Positions 8,504 to 16,913 of a DNA stretch of 43,115 nucleotides are shown one piece after another. Position 1 is the first letter of the stretch. The number at the start of each line of letters is the position of its first letter. This stretch comes from a virus, in the IMG/VR virus record IMGVR_UViG_3300045988_183476. One strand, written 5' to 3'. Under the pieces are notes generated by a model. It made no database searches. It had not been told where the DNA came from and saw nothing but the letters and a program-made list of their open reading frames with translations. A program made the translations under genes and the position numbers.

Positions 8504-10174
8504 ATGACAAGAAAAGAGGCTGCGATAAGATATGCCTTAGAAAATGGAGAACTAGATGGTTTAAAGGTCTGGTTACTTAATGGAGGTGACATTGAAGAAT
8601 ACTTTGTAAAAAACAAGAAAAATATTAAAATAACGATTAATGAAAAACAATTTTCCCTATCTGCTAAAGAAGCTGCAGATATTGTGAAAGGAATGATGCC
8701 AATCGAATTTAGCCGGCAGGATTTCGTTAACTTATATTTTAAGTTATCTGAGGAGAAACAGAAAGAATTATACAATGAAGTATTTCCTTATTATCCACAA
8801 GTTATCCGGACTAAAAAGAATCCATCATCGAAAGAAATTTTAGATGCTGTAAAAAGAAAGCATTACATTCACTTTCCAGATAATTTTTACGATATCTTAT
8901 CAGATGAAGATCTGGCAGAATGTCTTTTATACGATGAGAGTATGATGCACGATGTACCAGAAAGTCGTTGGAATTCAGAATTGGCTATTTTGTTTAGTAA
9001 GAAACTAGCGGATAAAGGGGCTTACTATGACAGAATATGCATACCGGAGGAATGCCAAAGTGCTGTATATTGGGAAAATCTTTGTAAGGCAGATGGTTAT
9101 TATTACCGTATTCTGCCAGAAAAATACAAAGATATTCTTTCAGAAGAACTAATTTTGTTTACTCTTAAAAATTCAAAGTCTTATATCGGACCATGCCATC
9201 TATTTGAGACAATCCCCGATGAGTTAAAGACAGCTAAAGTATCTTTGTTGTGCTGCTTAAAGCATTTTGCAGCGATAGAATACTTGCCGAAACGATATCA
9301 GATAGATAAATTTTATGAAATATTATCTGATCATGGACAAAACAGTTTTTTAAATTGTATTCATTTAAACACTATCTCGAAAGAGTTGTTATTAAAATGT
9401 ATCCAGAGAGAAGAAGGAAAATTTGGTGGAAAGATACCTGAAAGTTACTGGGACGAAGAATTAGCTGTTGCGGTTGCGGGGCATACTGACGAGTTAAAAA
9501 TCATCCCTACTGCATGGCGAACAAAAGAAGTTTATAAAACTTTTGTTTCAAAAAGAGGAACAAATATTGAACAGGTTCCTAAAAATGCAATAGATGAAGA
9601 ACTCTGTCTTATTGCGATGGAATCGAATTCTTTTGCTGCTCTGAGATATATCCCAGAAAATATGAAAACAGATTCTTTCTGGGAAAAAGTAATTGATAGA
9701 AACCTGTTTTATAAAGTTTCAGATCTGCCGGAGAAATATCAGGAGCAGGCGTGGACCCCAGAAAAATGCTGTTCCCTTTCCGATATTCCATCAAAATTAA
9801 AGGATGAGGATCATGTGCTCGCTTATCTTGAAACGCGAGGGCATATCTTGCCAAGTGATTTTGAAGAGTTTCAGACTCAAAAAATCATTGATCATGTTAT
9901 GAGCAGGGAACATAATTCGAATTCCAAATTATGGTTATTAAAGTATATAGAGCCTGAATTTAGAAGACGGGCTGATATGCAAGAGGTGCTTACTAATTGT
10001 AAAGATGCTATTTTTCTAAAAAATCTCTCGCAGGATGAAATCAGAGAAAATATTAATGCATTTCCAAAAAATATTCTTTTTGCACCTGATTGGTATAAGG
10101 ATGACATAAAAATACCTGAAAAGTATTTTGAACCAAGACAACAACTTACATTATTTGATTTCATAACAGAATAA
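8504..10174 (+). CDS. DUF4116-type repeat protein
   Basis: AAGGAGG RBS; about 10 repeats of the (I/L)P(E/D)x(Y/W/L)...(E/D)(E/F)(L/W) motif, e.g. IPESYWDEELAVAV, YIPENMKTDSFWEKVI. Confidence 0.85.
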   Translation: MTRKEAAIRYALENGELDGLKVWLLNGGDIEEYFVKNKKNIKITINEKQFSLSAKEAADIVKGMMPIEFSRQDFVNLYFKLSEEKQKELYNEVFPYYPQVIRTKKNPSSKEILDAVKRKHYIHFPDNFYDILSDEDLAECLLYDESMMHDVPESRWNSELAILFSKKLADKGAYYDRICIPEECQSAVYWENLCKADGYYYRILPEKYKDILSEELILFTLKNSKSYIGPCHLFETIPDELKTAKVSLLCCLKHFAAIEYLPKRYQIDKFYEILSDHGQNSFLNCIHLNTISKELLLKCIQREEGKFGGKIPESYWDEELAVAVAGHTDELKIIPTAWRTKEVYKTFVSKRGTNIEQVPKNAIDEELCLIAMESNSFAALRYIPENMKTDSFWEKVIDRNLFYKVSDLPEKYQEQAWTPEKCCSLSDIPSKLKDEDHVLAYLETRGHILPSDFEEFQTQKIIDHVMSREHNSNSKLWLLKYIEPEFRRRADMQEVLTNCKDAIFLKNLSQDEIRENINAFPKNILFAPDWYKDDIKIPEKYFEPRQQLTLFDFITE

Positions 10175-10197
10175 TAAAAGAAAGAAGGAAAATTATT

Positions 10198-10470
10198 ATG
10201 AATATGTATCTCGTATATGAAAAAAATTACGCAATAGATGATGTTGACTGTATCGAGGAATGTGAGATGAAATTATATTCATCACTAGAAACAGCAAAAC
10301 GGGAGATAAGTAAAAGAAAAGAGTCATATGAAAGGGAAATATTATATACTTTTCTGCCTTCGAAAAGTTCTGAAAAGTGTTTGTTTTTCGCAGTAAATTA
10401 CAACGAAAAAGAAGACACATATGATGGAGCATTTTGTGTTTGCTTGTGTAAAATTCCAGTAGAAAAATAA
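10198..10470 (+). CDS. hypothetical protein (90 aa)
   Basis: GAAGGAAA RBS, ATG. Confidence 0.65.
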   Translation: MNMYLVYEKNYAIDDVDCIEECEMKLYSSLETAKREISKRKESYEREILYTFLPSKSSEKCLFFAVNYNEKEDTYDGAFCVCLCKIPVEK

Positions 10471-10486
10471 AAGGAGGAAATATGAG

Positions 10487-10921
10487 ATGATAAAAAGTAT
10501 GGATAATATTGATGTTCTTATCGCCGCATGTGACTATAAAAAAATAACAAAAAACTGTCAAAAATGTTATAGAAAACTCGAAAGGAAGGCAGGTTTCAAC
10601 CTCATAAAATCCCCTGAATTACATGGAGAATTGTTGGAACTAATTGGAGAAAAATACGCTGAGAATATTATTAACAAAACAAAATTTTCTGTAAGAAAAA
10701 TCATTAAAGAACTTTCTTATTTTCCAGAATATGCAAAAAACAAATTAGCACAGGAAAAAAAAGATGAAGCTGCATTTGTTACGCCAAATGATAATGTAAA
10801 GAAAATTATATTGCCACCAAAGGTCGAAAACGAAGATATTTTCAGTGTAATTAAATCAAATGTATTTCGTTATTTTGGTGTAGAAGAAGCAGTTCATTCG
10901 ATTTTCAGATTACATGTTTAG
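10487..10921 (+). CDS. hypothetical protein (144 aa)
   Basis: GGAGG RBS 9 nt upstream. Confidence 0.7.
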   Translation: MIKSMDNIDVLIAACDYKKITKNCQKCYRKLERKAGFNLIKSPELHGELLELIGEKYAENIINKTKFSVRKIIKELSYFPEYAKNKLAQEKKDEAAFVTPNDNVKKIILPPKVENEDIFSVIKSNVFRYFGVEEAVHSIFRLHV

Positions 10922-11008
10922 AATAAAAAAGGAGGAAAGCGGGAAATAGAATATTAGTATATCCCCTGATGGTTTGACCAGGATGGGGATATCCCCGCAT
11001 ATAATAAA

Positions 11009-12421
11009 ATGAATAAAAACATGGCTACTATATTAAAAGCAGCACAGTATAATATTGTCAATATCAAATGGGATACAGACGGGGATGAAGAATTATTCGC
11101 TTCATTGCCACAGGAAATAGATCTTCCTCTTCAATTCGCTTCCGTTGCGGAAAATGAAGACTATCTTGATGAAATTTCTGATTGGCTTTCTGATGAGTAT
11201 GGGTATTGCAATAATGGCTTTTCTGTTCAAAAAACACATATAGCATATGTGGCTTTTTCCGAGACACAAAAACAATGGATGAACCAGTTATTGCAGATGA
11301 GCAACGCTGAAGTTTACCAGAAATATAGACTAGAGCGAGAAAAAGCTTTGGTATTTACGATATCCTTTGATGACAATATGAAAGTTCAAATGAAATTTGA
11401 CTCAAATTCCTCAGAAATAATCTTGTTTGACAAAGATTTAGAGGTATACCGAGGAAAATGTCAAGAAGGTACATGGAAGGCAAATTATAATGATGTCGTT
11501 TATGTTGTAGAAGACAACAATATGACGGCGAAAAAAGCCGAAGACATTATGGATTTTGCTATTTTTGAAGAGGCAACATCAATAATATACGCTTGGAAGA
11601 TGCATCCAGAAGATATAGAAAAACATATCCCGTATATCTTAAGATATTTGCCGGAAGGATACGACACAGATACACTGTTTGATGTTTTTTCTAAGGTTGA
11701 CAATGAGATTGATATTCCAGTGCGTCTAAAGAATGCAGTTAGTTCAAATACAATAAAAGTAAGATATTCTACCATCAACTGTGAAAATAAAGTAAGAAAA
11801 TGGAATCAGTCGCTGGAAGAAATCTTAAAGAAATGGTGGGCTGAAGACGGAATGGATTTACCTAGTGCGGATGATCCGGTAGTAGAATGCTATATTGATG
11901 AAAACAAACATAAGGTAAATACTTTTAAAGAGCTGATAACAGAACTTAATATTTTGTATTGGTCTAATAAAAGCAATTGTAACCAAAAAGATATTGATTC
12001 AGATTTTGATGTTCAAGTAAAAAGAAAAATTTCGTTAAAAGAATATTTGATGATGCAGTTTAATTATTGCAATGCAATAGCAATAGATATTCTGGAGCAT
12101 AACAAATCTAAAAAAATTCAGGAATATGTAAAGCAGTTTGTTCAGATTGAAAGTTCTGTAGCAGATGGAACAGATGTTGATTGGATTCGTATCAATTGGG
12201 GAGATATTTATATCTTCTTGTATGATAACGGAAGTATTCGTTATCAATTAGACCCACATAATGGTTATGGTAATGAACTTATTGATACTTTTGAAAGAGG
12301 TAGATTTACAGCGGAGATATTAACATTAGAAGAAGCACCTGTCGCTAGAAATGGTGTTTTATATTACGAAGAAGAAACCGGTTATCCAGATGATGTACCG
12401 ATGTACATTCCAATGAGATAA
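11009..12421 (+). CDS. hypothetical protein with N-terminal acidic KWDTDG...DWLSDEYGYC domain
   Basis: 470-aa ORF; no SD near the ATG (see finding); N-terminal about 60 aa duplicated at 13019-13195. Confidence 0.75.
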   Translation: MNKNMATILKAAQYNIVNIKWDTDGDEELFASLPQEIDLPLQFASVAENEDYLDEISDWLSDEYGYCNNGFSVQKTHIAYVAFSETQKQWMNQLLQMSNAEVYQKYRLEREKALVFTISFDDNMKVQMKFDSNSSEIILFDKDLEVYRGKCQEGTWKANYNDVVYVVEDNNMTAKKAEDIMDFAIFEEATSIIYAWKMHPEDIEKHIPYILRYLPEGYDTDTLFDVFSKVDNEIDIPVRLKNAVSSNTIKVRYSTINCENKVRKWNQSLEEILKKWWAEDGMDLPSADDPVVECYIDENKHKVNTFKELITELNILYWSNKSNCNQKDIDSDFDVQVKRKISLKEYLMMQFNYCNAIAIDILEHNKSKKIQEYVKQFVQIESSVADGTDVDWIRINWGDIYIFLYDNGSIRYQLDPHNGYGNELIDTFERGRFTAEILTLEEAPVARNGVLYYEEETGYPDDVPMYIPMR

Positions 12422-12440
12422 TTAACAAAGGAGAAATATT

Positions 12441-13001
12441 ATGTTAAAAGAAATCAAGAAGGAATCTGACGTTATTACAAATCAGGACTTATTTAATGAG
12501 ATCATTAAAAAAGTTAAAAAATCTGATAAATGGCCGTCCAATATTATAGACTATGAACTGGAAGACCGTTATGAAACAGGACTTTATAATTATGAGTTTA
12601 CCTTGAATCCTGTATTCACTCTGCAGCCAGGCAGTAATGAAGGATATTATCTAAGCCTTTATATCAGAGGATACTATGGTTTAACGGATAAGTTTGATTT
12701 TGTCTCGTTAGGGACAATCAAGACTCTGCTTACAGATAAGGAGAATATTCGACAGATGGCTGCTCTTTATGGGGAGTGTCTAATCGCTTATGAAGAAATC
12801 ATGAATGATGAACTGGATAAATTTACAAGAAAAGGGTATAACCTATTTCTGGTAGATGAAGAAGGAAAAATGCGTCATTGTCTCTCTGAGCTTTCAAGTA
12901 AAGAAAAAGCAATAGAAAGATTTAAACTGTGTTCTGTAAAATATCGCAAGGGTGTCGTAAGGGACAATCTGACGAGAAAAGAGTTTGTATTATCAAAGTA
13001 A
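12441..13001 (+). CDS. hypothetical protein, paralog B1
   Basis: AAGGAGA RBS; close paralog of 13296..13868. Confidence 0.8.
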   Translation: MLKEIKKESDVITNQDLFNEIIKKVKKSDKWPSNIIDYELEDRYETGLYNYEFTLNPVFTLQPGSNEGYYLSLYIRGYYGLTDKFDFVSLGTIKTLLTDKENIRQMAALYGECLIAYEEIMNDELDKFTRKGYNLFLVDEEGKMRHCLSELSSKEKAIERFKLCSVKYRKGVVRDNLTRKEFVLSK

Positions 13002-13018
13002 AACAGCATCAAAAAACT

Positions 13019-13204
13019 ATTGTCAATATCAAATGGGATACAGACGGGGATGAAGAATTATTTACTTCATTGCTACAGGAAATAGATCTTCCTCTTCAAT
13101 TTGCTTCCGTTGCGGAAGATGAAGACTATCTTGATGAGATTTCTGATTGGCTTTCTGATGAGTATGGGTATTGCAATAATGGCTTTTCTGTTCAAGTTAG
13201 ATAA
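13019..13204 (+). pseudogene. start-less duplicate of the N-terminal KWDTDG domain of 11009..12421
   Basis: 13019-13195 nearly identical to 11054-11230; no start codon of its own; ends TAA 13202-13204. Confidence 0.55.
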
Positions 13205-13210
13205 AAAATA

Positions 13211-13262
13211 TTTCTACAGAAAAATCGAATAAGCAAGATTTTTGCCATCCTATATAGAAAAG
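13211..13262 (+). promoter_or_regulatory. P-module promoter P3 (degenerate -10 CATCCTATATA)
   Basis: TTCTACAGAAAAATCGAATAAGCAAGATTTTTGCCATCCTATATAG. Confidence 0.4.
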
Positions 13263-13295
13263 GTATACCGATGAAATAACAAAAGGAGAAAGATT

Positions 13296-13868
13296 ATGTT
13301 GAAAGAGATTAAAAAAGAAAAAGATGTAATCACGAATCAGGACTTATTTAATGAGATCATTAAAAAAGTTAAAAAATCTGATAAATGGCCGTCCAGTATT
13401 ATAGACTATGAACTGGAAGACCATTATGAAACAGGACTTTATAATTATGAGTTTAATCCTGTATTCACTCTGCAGCCAGGCAGTAATGAAGGATATTATC
13501 TAAGCCTTTATATTAGAGGATACTATGGTTTAACGGATAAGTTTGATCTTGTCTCGTTAGGGACAATCAAGACTCTGCTTACAGATAAGGAGAGTATTCG
13601 ACAGATGGCTGCTCTTTATGGGGAGTGTCTAATCGCTTATGAAGAAATCATGAATGATGAACTGGATAAATTTACAAGAAAAGGGTATGACCTATTTCTG
13701 GTAGATAAGGAAGAAAAAATGCATCCTTATCTTTCTGGACTTTCAAGTAAGGAAAAAGCAATGGAAAGATTTAAGTTGTACCATGAAAAAAATTCGGAAC
13801 AGTATCTAAAAGGAGTCGTAAGGGATAATTTAACACGAAAAGAATTTGTTTTCTGGGCTTTCAGGTAA
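13296..13868 (+). CDS. hypothetical protein, paralog B2
   Basis: AAGGAGA RBS; paralog of 12441..13001 with a rearranged C-terminus. Confidence 0.8.
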   Translation: MLKEIKKEKDVITNQDLFNEIIKKVKKSDKWPSSIIDYELEDHYETGLYNYEFNPVFTLQPGSNEGYYLSLYIRGYYGLTDKFDLVSLGTIKTLLTDKESIRQMAALYGECLIAYEEIMNDELDKFTRKGYDLFLVDKEEKMHPYLSGLSSKEKAMERFKLYHEKNSEQYLKGVVRDNLTRKEFVFWAFR

Positions 13869-13960
13869 GGAAAAAGTATACATAGATATGCAATCATTGG
13901 CCACTACATTTCTACAAATTCATACTGTGAGTATCAGACTGGTTTAACAAAAAATCTTTT

Positions 13961-14067
13961 ATTCGTGTAACGTCAGTGGTGGGCGGCTGACATGAAGTTA
14001 ATCCCTGCCGGAAGAAATACCGGCATTCAGCCTCTGCATAAAGGATGCAGGCTGTGGATTAAAACAA
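13961..14067 (+). repeat. R element type 2, decayed (H0 missing, H1 collapsed)
   Basis: GTCAGTGGTGGGCGG-CTGAC deletion; CUCCG>CUCUG; tail GATTAAAACAA 14057-14067. Confidence 0.6.
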
Positions 14068-14099
14068 GTTTGAGCCACTTAATTGTACTTGCAAAAAAC

Positions 14100-14237
14100 A
14101 TGCTGCCATTACTTGAGAATGGTCATTTGAAGATGTTATGCGTCAATGGACAGGAAGTAGCAGCTGATGGTATTAAAGTTGTTGATGCAGAAGATTATGA
14201 CATTGTTTACTGGGAATCCAATGAAAGGAAAAAGTGA
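14100..14237 (+). CDS. possible small protein (45 aa) coupled to 14237..14716
   Basis: Stop overlaps next start (GTGATG); no SD; the larger ORF 13992.. reads through the R repeat and is unlikely. Confidence 0.3.
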   Translation: MLPLLENGHLKMLCVNGQEVAADGIKVVDAEDYDIVYWESNERKK

Positions 14238-14716
14238 TGAGGAAATTAAAGGTAGATTTAAGCAGATATCATAGATGGTTTATCAGATGGTCAGAAAGAA
14301 ATATTACAGAAGAGGATTGCTTAAATGGAGAGATAGAAAATTTATATGTCATGTTAAGCGATTGGCTAGATTTAATGGCAATACCCATTGACAGGAAATT
14401 AATTGGACAAGAAATTGTATTCCCAGTTAATGCTGAACATCAAGATAAGATTACATATGATACTTTTTTAGAAGGCTGCAGGATTATAAAAGGGAAAGTA
14501 ACAAAGGTTACGCCTGTTCAAATCTGTGTAAACGGAAAATTTTATGATTATGCTGAAGGAAAAGTTGTATTTGACAAATTGGAATATTGTATTTTAAGTT
14601 TAGTTTACGATGGTGATATGCTTTTTCAGGGAAATATGATGGACTCAATATATCCCGACAATTTGATTGATATTGATGAATCAGTCGGAATAACAAAAGA
14701 AGAAATTTTCGTATAG
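14237..14716 (+). CDS. hypothetical protein (159 aa)
   Basis: ATG after AAAGGAAAAAG; long ORF. Confidence 0.7.
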   Translation: MRKLKVDLSRYHRWFIRWSERNITEEDCLNGEIENLYVMLSDWLDLMAIPIDRKLIGQEIVFPVNAEHQDKITYDTFLEGCRIIKGKVTKVTPVQICVNGKFYDYAEGKVVFDKLEYCILSLVYDGDMLFQGNMMDSIYPDNLIDIDESVGITKEEIFV

Positions 14717-14742
14717 AAAGGCTTTGTAACAGATATGGAAAA

Positions 14743-14770
14743 GGTGGAGAAAGAAATCTCCACCTTTTTA
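14743..14770 (+). terminator. intrinsic terminator
   Basis: GGTGGAGA/TCTCCACC stem followed by TTTTTA. Confidence 0.7.
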
Positions 14771-14793
14771 TGATGAATTGCTCCGTAAAATAA

Positions 14794-14838
14794 TTATACA
14801 GAAAAATTGAATGCATGAGATTTCTGTTATACTATATA
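14794..14838 (+). promoter_or_regulatory. P-module promoter P4 (best match to a sigma-A-like layout)
   Basis: -35 TTGAAT 14807-14812, 17-nt spacer, -10 TACTAT 14830-14835; the downstream AAAGGAGG here is the real RBS of 14858. Confidence 0.55.
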
Positions 14839-14857
14839 GAAAAGGAGGACAGACTTT

Positions 14858-15274
14858 ATGAATGTAGATCCAAAGCAAATCAATAATTTGATAAAAATTT
14901 TTTGTGAACTAGACGAAGAATACAGAGGGAAAGCTCTTATGGAAATGAATGGACTGTTTTTTGAGTATATGAATGAGCAAGATTGCAAAAGAAATAATAT
15001 CCCTGTGACGCAAGAGGCAAAACGTAATTTTATTGCTGACACAAAAGAATTTGCAGAACTTCTTTCTGAGTTATCTAAAACACAAAAAGCATCTATAGTA
15101 ATGTATATGGAACATTTGAGTCCAGGGAGTTTTACAGAAGAAAACGAACTAGAAATTAAAATCAATCATAGGAAAATCACTTTGAGAGAATACATCGAAA
15201 AGTATCTTCCAGATGCAGATGTGGGAGAAGCAAAAGAAATATATAGGGAATTTGGAACATATGCGAAAAATTAG
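14858..15274 (+). CDS. hypothetical protein (138 aa)
   Basis: AAAGGAGG RBS, ATG. Confidence 0.8.
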   Translation: MNVDPKQINNLIKIFCELDEEYRGKALMEMNGLFFEYMNEQDCKRNNIPVTQEAKRNFIADTKEFAELLSELSKTQKASIVMYMEHLSPGSFTEENELEIKINHRKITLREYIEKYLPDADVGEAKEIYREFGTYAKN

Positions 15275-15361
15275 CTTTGATTTATTTTTCTTGATTCTAT
15301 CATACTAATAATAGGATGTAAATAAGGCATTCCCCGCTATAACCTTATTTCATTCCTTTGT

Positions 15362-15393
15362 TAATCTCCCTGAGTATATTCAGGGAGATTTTG
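15362..15393 (+). terminator. terminator/attenuator-like hairpin in the leader of 15492
   Basis: AATCTCCCTGA/TCAGGGAGATT stem followed by TTGT; preceded by CTATCATACTAATAATAGG -10-like motif and AAATAAGG/CCTTATTT hairpin. Confidence 0.4.
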
Positions 15394-15491
15394 TACTGAA
15401 AAAACTGCTATTATCAAACACACGCAGAAAACCGCTGGCAGCTTCAGTTGCCTGTCGGTTATCACAATGAAAATATCGAAAGGAGCATTTA

Positions 15492-16562
15492 ATGGGAGAA
15501 ATTTTTAATTTAGATGATATGATAAAAAAAGAAATGAAAGGATTCAAAAAGGACGAGAATTCATCAGCAAAACCATCTGAATACCTAAGAGAGTATGCAG
15601 ATACTTTACAGGAACTGGCAGAAATCATTCGGTCATATTTGGATATAGCAGACGAATATCTCCAAGATATGATTGGTCAAACTAAACTTGATTATCGAGA
15701 TTTTTGCATTGAAGAAGACGATATTGAAGTATTTCTTGAAAGTATAACAGATAGCAATTTAGCTCCTGTTATATATATGAATCATGCGGCAGATGGAAAA
15801 GTATACCGAGCGACCATTTGCTTACTGGAGACCAGTGAAGAATTTGTTGATGTAAAAGGATCATTAGAGATGTATGATAGTAAAAAAGTATTTGCATTTG
15901 ATTTTGATTCTAATACATGGATACTTGCTGCGGAGGATAAATTATCAGATACAATGCAGAAAATCCTTAATTCGAATTCTTTAGAAAGTCATATTTTACA
16001 GGAAATTATTTTAGCAACAAATGGCAGACTAGATGAAAAGAAATATGCTGCCATTAAGAAAAATTATGCTCCTCTTTTTGCTTTGTATAATCAGGTGCAT
16101 AATTACATGATTCCAGTATGCGAACTGGATAATACAGGGAAAAGATGCTCTCTTTATCTCGAACCAAGAGATCCGTTCCGCATAGGATTTCGTATAGGAT
16201 ATGAAAAAAATATGTATGTTCTTTATCAATATCTTGATCCTTTTGATTTTTCAGAAGACGAAGAATTATGGATAACGAATGGGAAAGAACCAGAGATCTA
16301 TTTAAAAGAAATAGATAGAATATCAGATTGTAAGTCGGTAGTAAAACAGTTATGTTCTATGGCAAATCGTTATGCCGATGATCTGATTTTTACAGTTCCG
16401 TTATCATTTGAGTGCTTTACTGAAACAAGTAATGTAAAAAAGATCGGAAAAAGAATTTACTTTACAAGCGGAGAAGATAGAGAGTTGTCTGAAAAAGAAA
16501 AGAAAAATTTAGCAGGATTAAAAGGCGTGGTTAGTAGTTTTCAGCGAATGGTATTTAAATAA
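15492..16562 (+). CDS. hypothetical protein (356 aa)
   Basis: AAAGGAG RBS; the stop codon lies in the first bases of the R element. Confidence 0.8.
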   Translation: MGEIFNLDDMIKKEMKGFKKDENSSAKPSEYLREYADTLQELAEIIRSYLDIADEYLQDMIGQTKLDYRDFCIEEDDIEVFLESITDSNLAPVIYMNHAADGKVYRATICLLETSEEFVDVKGSLEMYDSKKVFAFDFDSNTWILAAEDKLSDTMQKILNSNSLESHILQEIILATNGRLDEKKYAAIKKNYAPLFALYNQVHNYMIPVCELDNTGKRCSLYLEPRDPFRIGFRIGYEKNMYVLYQYLDPFDFSEDEELWITNGKEPEIYLKEIDRISDCKSVVKQLCSMANRYADDLIFTVPLSFECFTETSNVKKIGKRIYFTSGEDRELSEKEKKNLAGLKGVVSSFQRMVFK

Positions 16563-16745
16563 TATTAAGGTTCGCATTCCCCTTCCTCAACATCAGTAGG
16601 TAGGGGAGGAATTATCTAAAATTCACTAAGCGTCAGTGGTGGGCGGAGAGAGATTGGTATCCCCCATTGACAAGAGACTTAAGCAACAGTCGGATTTTCC
16701 CGATATTCAGGCTCCGTTAAACTTACCGACTGTGGATTAAAACAA
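16561..16745 (+). ncRNA. R element, type 1, full length (exemplar), between convergent genes
   Basis: H0 16576-16612, H1 16632-16671 (C>T at 16667 gives G-U), H2 16686-16733, CGGAG 16644-16648 vs CUCCG 16712-16716, tail 16734-16745. Confidence 0.65.
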
Positions 16746-16913
16746 TTCACTTTTTCTTTTTAACCACACCTATTTAGCCGTCTTCTTATGGGTGTGGTTA
16801 TTCTATCAGCTTAGGCAGAGTACCACGTCCATAGGAGCTATGCATCGCATAGGCGCGGAGGCTTCATTACGATAGATTCAAACTTTTAACAGAGAACAAC
16901 TCTAGTTATTTCA

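Noticed and set aside
13992-14237. 81-aa ORF that reads through the decayed R copy
   Set aside because: The first half is translated repeat sequence, and the same LWIKT reading occurs by chance at copy 1836-2015. At most the distal 45 codons (14100..14237) may be real.
16594-16612. Similarity of GUAGGUAGGGG and GCCUCCGC to conserved strings of the c-di-GMP-I (GEMM-I) riboswitch
   Set aside because: The two strings occur in the opposite order and at a different spacing from GEMM-I, there is no GNRA tetraloop/receptor arrangement, and type 2 copies lack the first string.
16561-16745. R element as an integron attC site
   Set aside because: There are no RYYYAAC/GTTRRRY core sites, the element ends are not inverted repeats, and no IntI-like gene is present. 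Cassette-like junctions are noted as a finding without invoking integrons.
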